Virus record (IMG/VR): IMGVR_UViG_3300025816_000007
Source: an uncultured virus (IMG/VR IMGVR_UViG_3300025816_000007)
Taxonomy: Duplodnaviria; Heunggongvirae; Uroviricota; Caudoviricetes
Length of the DNA stretch: 62,951 nucleotides
Reading direction: 5' to 3' (one strand)
This document shows positions 58,036-62,951 of the stretch, one piece after another. Position numbers and translations under genes: made by a program. Below the pieces are notes generated by a model. The model was not told the DNA's origin. It saw nothing but the letters and a program-made list of their open reading frames with translations, and ran no database searches. Each line of letters opens with the position of its first letter. The first letter of the stretch is position 1.

Positions 58036-58998
58036 TCAAGCTTCGACTTGTATTGCTTCCGATTCCTCTTCCACGTAAAAGTCATTAATTCTTGCTGGCT
58101 TACTTACCAAACGGTGTTCTTCGACATTCAATTCATACTTGTGTGCAGGCTTAAAACCGAATAGTGGATTGCTTTTACACCATGTCCACTTAGGGAATAC
58201 ATTGTAGTGCTCCCCTTTCCTGTTCATCCTGATTATATTTTCACATGAGCACTTTGATTTGCTTGCATCGCAAAAAGTTCTTACAAATTCACTATGATTT
58301 GACCTGTTCCAAGTCTTGACTTGATTGTGGATTGGCGTGTATGCCTTTTTCTTTCCAACAAACAACCACTCTCCCCACATGTTGTCCCACCTATATTGTG
58401 AGTCATCAATGTATTTTGCGGAGTCTCTTTGGAATTTGTCTTCGCCCCAGTTTTCCAGTCGGGCTTGAGGATGTTCAGCGGACTTTTCTTCCACTTTCCT
58501 CAGTAGAGGCATATTTTCTTGCTCTATCATCAAATCGTAGATTTCTTCATTATTTTGAAGGTAATCCCATTCATCGAATAACATAGAGTGTCTGCCAGCC
58601 TCATATCCCGCTTCATTTTCCTTTGTAATTTCATCCATGGCTTCTACCAATAAATTTTCTGCTGCCAAGGCCGTCAAAACTATCTGACCTGTAGCTGTGT
58701 TATGGCACATTCCATTTAGTGCCAGTTTTCGGTAATGCCAGGAATTGTCTCCGTAGTTCTCTAACTCATTGTTTTCTTGTGCATCAATTTCAAACATAGC
58801 TGTGTTGTCATTGTAGCGACCAAAAACCTCGTTCACAAAAAAGCCTTTCAATCCCCAATATGGGTGTTTTTCTCCGCCTTTCATTTGGTGAACTCCGAGG
58901 TCCCCTGGTGCTTTCGAATGTTGAGCCATGATTGGTGATGCTGTACAAAATATGTTATGTCCTTCTCCTATCGTTCCTGTTTTGAATTTATTATTCAT
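58036..58998 (-). CDS. Hypothetical protein
   Basis: ORF from motif ATG. Confidence 0.7.
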   Translation of the reverse strand: MNNKFKTGTIGEGHNIFCTASPIMAQHSKAPGDLGVHQMKGGEKHPYWGLKGFFVNEVFGRYNDNTAMFEIDAQENNELENYGDNSWHYRKLALNGMCHNTATGQIVLTALAAENLLVEAMDEITKENEAGYEAGRHSMLFDEWDYLQNNEEIYDLMIEQENMPLLRKVEEKSAEHPQARLENWGEDKFQRDSAKYIDDSQYRWDNMWGEWLFVGKKKAYTPIHNQVKTWNRSNHSEFVRTFCDASKSKCSCENIIRMNRKGEHYNVFPKWTWCKSNPLFGFKPAHKYELNVEEHRLVSKPARINDFYVEEESEAIQVEA

Positions 58999-59006
58999 GT
59001 TTAATT

Positions 59007-59249
59007 TCATAAAGTTGAAAAGTCACTAGCACCAAGCCACATATCATATTGTAACTCTACTGTATCCTTGTCCAAAGTGTATTGTTCATTGCCAATGAAA
59101 ATAATCACTTCATTGCCAAGTTTTTCAGCCCATAATGCAATTTGCATTTCTATTTGTCTATTTGACGCTTTATCGAATTTCATCGATGCTTCGTTTAGAT
59201 CAATACTTCCTTCTCTACCTCTATTCGCAAGCCATAATTGCCTTGTCAT
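59007..59249 (-). CDS. Hypothetical protein
   Basis: ORF from motif variant ATTAGACATG. Confidence 0.6.
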   Translation of the reverse strand: MTRQLWLANRGREGSIDLNEASMKFDKASNRQIEMQIALWAEKLGNEVIIFIGNEQYTLDKDTVELQYDMWLGASDFSTL

Positions 59250-59322
59250 GTCTAATTGTATATTGTAAGTTTACAATATATTCTATCTGTTTATCTTTAT
59301 CTTTATCTTTATTTTTCGTTGT

Positions 59323-59362
59323 AAAAGGAGGAGAAGGGGTCGCATTGCTGCGACCCCCCTCC
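59323..59362 (-). terminator. Hairpin GGGGTCGCA-TTGC-TGCGACCCC, terminator-like
   Basis: 9-bp perfect stem 59336-59357 followed by pyrimidine/T tract on minus. Confidence 0.55.
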
Positions 59363-59552
59363 AAAATTCCACATTTAGAATGATTCGCCACTACCCTTCG
59401 ATTCTAACCCGATTCGTAGTGGGTGTTAACTCAATTAAGTCATATTGACGCAATCCTTGAGCACACGGCTTCATTGGGTTTCCCCTTCACCGCATTCACA
59501 TAGTTTCACTTTTTATGTGGGTTTCTAATAATATAAACTAATGATTGTAGCT

Positions 59553-61064
59553 TTACTCGTTAAAAACTTGGTTTATATTGAGGTCTATCATGTAATCTGA
59601 TTCCTCATTTTCTGCCAGTTCAGAGTATCCTAAACTTACACCTGCACCAGTGAATTTCACAAATGCTTGGTGTATTGGGTTGCTAACCATGTTATTTAGT
59701 TCTGTAGTCCATGACTTCTTTTCTGCTGGGTCCGTAGGTGGCCTATTTTCTAACAACATGTCTTCCTTGTTCGAAAACAGTGTCTGCCACTTGTGGTGGT
59801 CGCTTCCGGCTTTTGGCCTTCCACTCGCTTCCGCTGCCTTGTAACCATGCTCAGGAATTTCTGTTTCATCATCAACAAATATTATCATTCGAGCACCGGT
59901 GTAAACACCAAATCCTCTCACCAAATGTCTTAGATGGTCCAGTTGTTTTTCGTCAATTCCCTTTGTATCATTAGCGTAAAATGCCCCATTGCTTGAGCCA
60001 AGAAGGGTTTTCAAGTTGATGTTATTTCTAACCTCGCACTCAATCCAATTCTTTTCGACTGATGTTATGCTCGCCAGTTCTGCTGGTATGCATGGTTGAG
60101 GAGCCAATACTGTGTTAAACATAGGATAACTAATCTTTGCAACACCCTTTTTCAAGGCGATGCTGTTGATATCATCCCAGTCCATTTTTCCAGCGTCCTT
60201 CATACCAATGCGTTCCTTTGCTTGGTCTGCTCTAGTCAAAATTTTTCCATTCTCGTCAAGCACTGAAATTCGGCTTTTTTGTATTACTGGAGCATTAAAT
60301 ACTCCATCTGCCGGCATTTCCGCAATTGCTATAACTTCCCATTCATTCGAACTGTTCAGTAGTTTTTTACCAAATTTGTTCGTCCTGTAAGTCTTTTTCA
60401 CAAAGAAGAGTTGATTCTTTTCCTCAGCATTGTCATCATAAACAACATTGCCCATAAGTAAGTTTATCATCATGTTCGCCTCGTATGCATTCCACAAACG
60501 CTCCTTTTTCTTGAAGCTGATTTGTTGGACTTGCTGATATTGTTCAGCAGTGTCGTTGTCCCTTCGCTTTCGAGTGTACCAAGATCTGTTTAGGTAGTTT
60601 CTTGCATCCAATAGTGATTCCATTGATGCACTAACTCTAACATTGTCCCTACCAGTACCCCTGTATTCTATACCCACTTCACCTTTAGTTTGGTTGATGT
60701 GATAAACAAGTCTACTTTCAGGAATACCAAGTTTCCTAATTGCTTTGAGTAGCCAAGCCGCTTCCGGCGTTTTTGGCGTAGCATGTTGTACAGCCTCATC
60801 GTAAAATGATACTGCTAACTTTTCTGCTATAACATCGAACCAGTAACTAGGAGCAATAAATTTTATGCTCCATGTGTCGTTTTTCTTGTCGAAGTTTCTC
60901 TCAATCTTTAGCTTCTTATTTTCATTATTTGACAGCCTATCTACGATAGAACGGTACATAACTAGACCTGTAATAATCCAGTTTACCGCTTTATTCTTCA
61001 ATTTGTCCGTCAAGCTCATTTCTCTTTTTTTATTTTCTGTTTTTGTTTTTTCTTTATTTCCCAT
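59553..61064 (-). CDS. Large hypothetical protein, 503 aa
   Basis: Long ORF with GGAGGT SD; no family recognised. Confidence 0.8.
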   Translation of the reverse strand: MGNKEKTKTENKKREMSLTDKLKNKAVNWIITGLVMYRSIVDRLSNNENKKLKIERNFDKKNDTWSIKFIAPSYWFDVIAEKLAVSFYDEAVQHATPKTPEAAWLLKAIRKLGIPESRLVYHINQTKGEVGIEYRGTGRDNVRVSASMESLLDARNYLNRSWYTRKRRDNDTAEQYQQVQQISFKKKERLWNAYEANMMINLLMGNVVYDDNAEEKNQLFFVKKTYRTNKFGKKLLNSSNEWEVIAIAEMPADGVFNAPVIQKSRISVLDENGKILTRADQAKERIGMKDAGKMDWDDINSIALKKGVAKISYPMFNTVLAPQPCIPAELASITSVEKNWIECEVRNNINLKTLLGSSNGAFYANDTKGIDEKQLDHLRHLVRGFGVYTGARMIIFVDDETEIPEHGYKAAEASGRPKAGSDHHKWQTLFSNKEDMLLENRPPTDPAEKKSWTTELNNMVSNPIHQAFVKFTGAGVSLGYSELAENEESDYMIDLNINQVFNE

Positions 61065-61881
61065 TTCGATACCTCCATATCGTAATTTTGTTGTTCAATT
61101 ATGTTAAATCAAAGTTTCATCTCTATTTTGTTTATCACTTCGGCATAATCCTGTCTGCCTCCGATTTGCGAATTCCAAATCACTACTCCAACAACCCGAT
61201 TCCAAAATATATCTTTTGGATTACAAAATGTCCATTGCATTTCTGTATGCTCCCATACTGAGTAGAAATGTTTGTCAATTTCGATTTTGGGTTTGATTCA
61301 AATTCACATATTAGGCTCTACTGTCTCCAGCGAACTTTCATATCTTCCTTTGAACCAAGTTGTTGTAAGAGTAGCTTCAAAACTCCATAGTTCTTCCACT
61401 TATCCTTGTGTGCTCTCCTATCTGGAATAATCCAGCTAATATGCTGGATTAAGCACGTATTATGTTCAATTGCTTGAATCCCTCAACTGCTTTTACACAG
61501 GAGAGTTAGAGTGTAGGTTCAAAACCTTCCATTCTTTCGATGGCATCATTTTATCCGTCGATTCGCATCAACAGCCTGGACTCAATTATTAGACTTCCAT
61601 TCGTCCAACCATTCGCTTTTGTTCCGATTCATTTCACGTACTTCGTGGGCGGGCCTTATCCCCATCTTCCAACTTCTGTATTCATTCTGTTCTGCACAGA
61701 TATGACACTTCCATTACCCGGTGTATCGGTTGATTGAAGGCATTGTTACCACGTAGCCGTGATTTGGTATAATTTAACCATTTTACCCTCCTGGACCTTC
61801 AATCGTATGAAGAGACACGCGCGATATACGCCACTCCGCTCCTCTTCACTTTACTAGGTCATTGGGGTCTTAAGCCCCTCC

Positions 61882-62199
61882 CTAATGTTTAATTTTGTTA
61901 AGTTTCGATAACTCATAACTCCACCATGATTCATCAGGCCTCCAAGACCCAAATTTGTATAGAGCCTCATTTGCTCTCCATTGTTCCATGAGTGGTTTTA
62001 GTGCGTCGGCTCGCCTGTGTTGCCCCCTTCCAAAGGCCATTCTGCGAGCCAAACGACTAACTTTGCCATCAAAACTTCCTTCTTTTGATTGCTTATGTCG
62101 CTCCCAAAAAATAGCATTTTCTATCCGTTCTAGTTCTTGCTGTTGTTTTCTGTAAAAGTCTAGTTCTTTTTTGTAAAAGTCTATATCTACTTCTTTCAT
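61882..62199 (-). CDS. Hypothetical protein
   Basis: ORF from motif ATG. Confidence 0.6.
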   Translation of the reverse strand: MKEVDIDFYKKELDFYRKQQQELERIENAIFWERHKQSKEGSFDGKVSRLARRMAFGRGQHRRADALKPLMEQWRANEALYKFGSWRPDESWWSYELSKLNKIKH

Positions 62200-62212
62200 G
62201 TTAAATTGTAAT

Positions 62213-62800
62213 TATGTTTAATTGATGAATCATTAAGTGGTGTAACGCCGCTTCCGATAACCTTCCTCAGTTGCATAAGCAACCGTATGATAGCTTAGTC
62301 ATACCCCGTAAGGGTTTAGACTAGAGTAGCCTCGGTTCTGTTATTCCAATGACATTGCTGTCAATGAAATCTATCAAATGTCTGACGACCATAATGTCCC
62401 TCGGAATTTACCGAGTGTCCAACCCACCCTTTCGTTTGATGTGGTCCTTTACGCCATTACACCTGATTCATCTTAGTGTATTTATTCATACCCCTGCTCC
62501 ACGGGGGTTAGATCTTCATCCTTCTGCTCTTTCGAGTGTTGTCGGTTTCTGTTGTCAATTACTCAACTCCGCCGACAGCTTGCCTCTGGTAAGCAACCAA
62601 AGGCAGTTCACGGATGATGCTTATTCGAAGGCGTGACTAAGTGAAGCTCACGTATCTTCGAATGTGTTCAGTCGGTAAACCGTAATTCCTCAAGATTATC
62701 CTTGCTAAAGGTTCCTTGAGGCGACTTGTGAGAGTCCTTAGACTCACCGACTTCAATATTATATGCTACTGGGCGGTTAAGCCCTGTCCATATGTTTAAT
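62213..62800 (-). ncRNA. Candidate large structured ncRNA (~570 nt) bounded by two ATTAAACATA motif variants
   Basis: About ten or more stems incl. long-range GATGAATCA/TGATTCATC and GGTGTAA/TTACACC; strand inferred from motif orientation. Confidence 0.6.
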
Positions 62801-62951
62801 TCATTACTTTGTATGTAGTAATGTCATACTGCTAAATTATGCCATAGGCTACTATGTAAGTGGCCTATTTTGAGGCAGATTAGCCCCGAACTAGCTCCAT
62901 CTATGTGTTATTCTGGAGATCTTGTCCTGGTTCGCAATCAATACTTTGTAT

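Larger units (their letters stand above)
18225..62800 (-). repeat. Dispersed junction motif ATT(G/A/T)AACATG, ~83 copies, delimiting genes
   Basis: + strand CATGTTHAAT at e.g. 18606, 19863, 20708, 21760, 22107, 22970, 25920, 32084, 33967, 37285, 47423, 54508, 58996, 62197. Confidence 0.97.
1..62951. mobile_element. Probable archaeal virus / large extrachromosomal element (whole window)
   Basis: Dense small hypothetical ORFs in long single-strand blocks; RusA, PCNA, several DNA MTases, Mom-like and TGT-like genes, lone RpoA2 homologue; no housekeeping operons; no capsid/terminase recognised. Confidence 0.75.

Noticed and set aside
18225..62206. Library/ligation artefact at CATG sites
   Set aside because: Copies are co-oriented, coincide with intact gene starts and stops, have three variants plus non-CATG forms, and many other CATG sites lack the motif.
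18636..62636. Plus-strand ORFs in the array region
   Set aside because: Mostly antisense shadows of minus-strand genes (S/F/I-rich), with no motifs or start signals.
18225..62800. CRISPR array
   Set aside because: Repeat is only 10 nt, and the intervening segments are mostly ORF-bearing and vary from ~60 nt to over 1 kb; no cas genes.
18225..62800. Classical integron with attC sites
   Set aside because: ATTTAAC fits RYYYAAC but is followed directly by ATG, with no palindromic attC and no IntI in the window; kept only as an analogy.
1..62951. tRNA, rRNA, group I/II introns
   Set aside because: No cloverleaf/T-loop or intron core signatures recognised; the 16S-like stretch at 41897 is only ~20 nt.

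Overview
AT-rich, gene-dense segment of a probable large archaeal virus or extrachromosomal element. Evidence: archaeal-type PCNA, a divergent RNA polymerase subunit A'' (RpoA2/Rpo1C) homologue, RusA, RNase H, GGTGA/GGAGG-type ribosome-binding sites in the left part, and no housekeeping operons. No capsid, terminase or integrase was recognised. Three blocks: (i) 1-7739, minus strand: low-complexity, coiled-coil and small membrane proteins, a transglutaminase-like protein and an HTH protein; (ii) 8046-17831, plus strand: RusA, an LRAT-like protein, RNase H and the 894-aa RpoA2-like protein; (iii) ~18.2-62.9 kb, minus strand: about 90 mostly small genes. The main observation is that block (iii) is punctuated by one 10-nt motif, ATT(G/A/T)AACATG on the coding strand (CATGTT(C/T/A)AAT on +). 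I count about 83 exact copies by hand, all in one orientation, and saw none in the first 18 kb. The motif supplies the start ATG of almost every gene and usually the stop codon of the gene before it. It also heads non-coding units (often as ATTDAACATA): hairpin/poly-T units, a duplicated 60-bp element and two large structured-RNA candidates. This looks like an undescribed array of motif-delimited gene/RNA units. The motif could be a minimal transcription initiator (perhaps read by the modified RNAP), an RNA processing site, or a recombination junction. The cargo is rich in DNA-modification enzymes. Minus-strand array CDS starts below are reset to the motif ATG. All product calls come from recognising motifs by eye, not from database searches.
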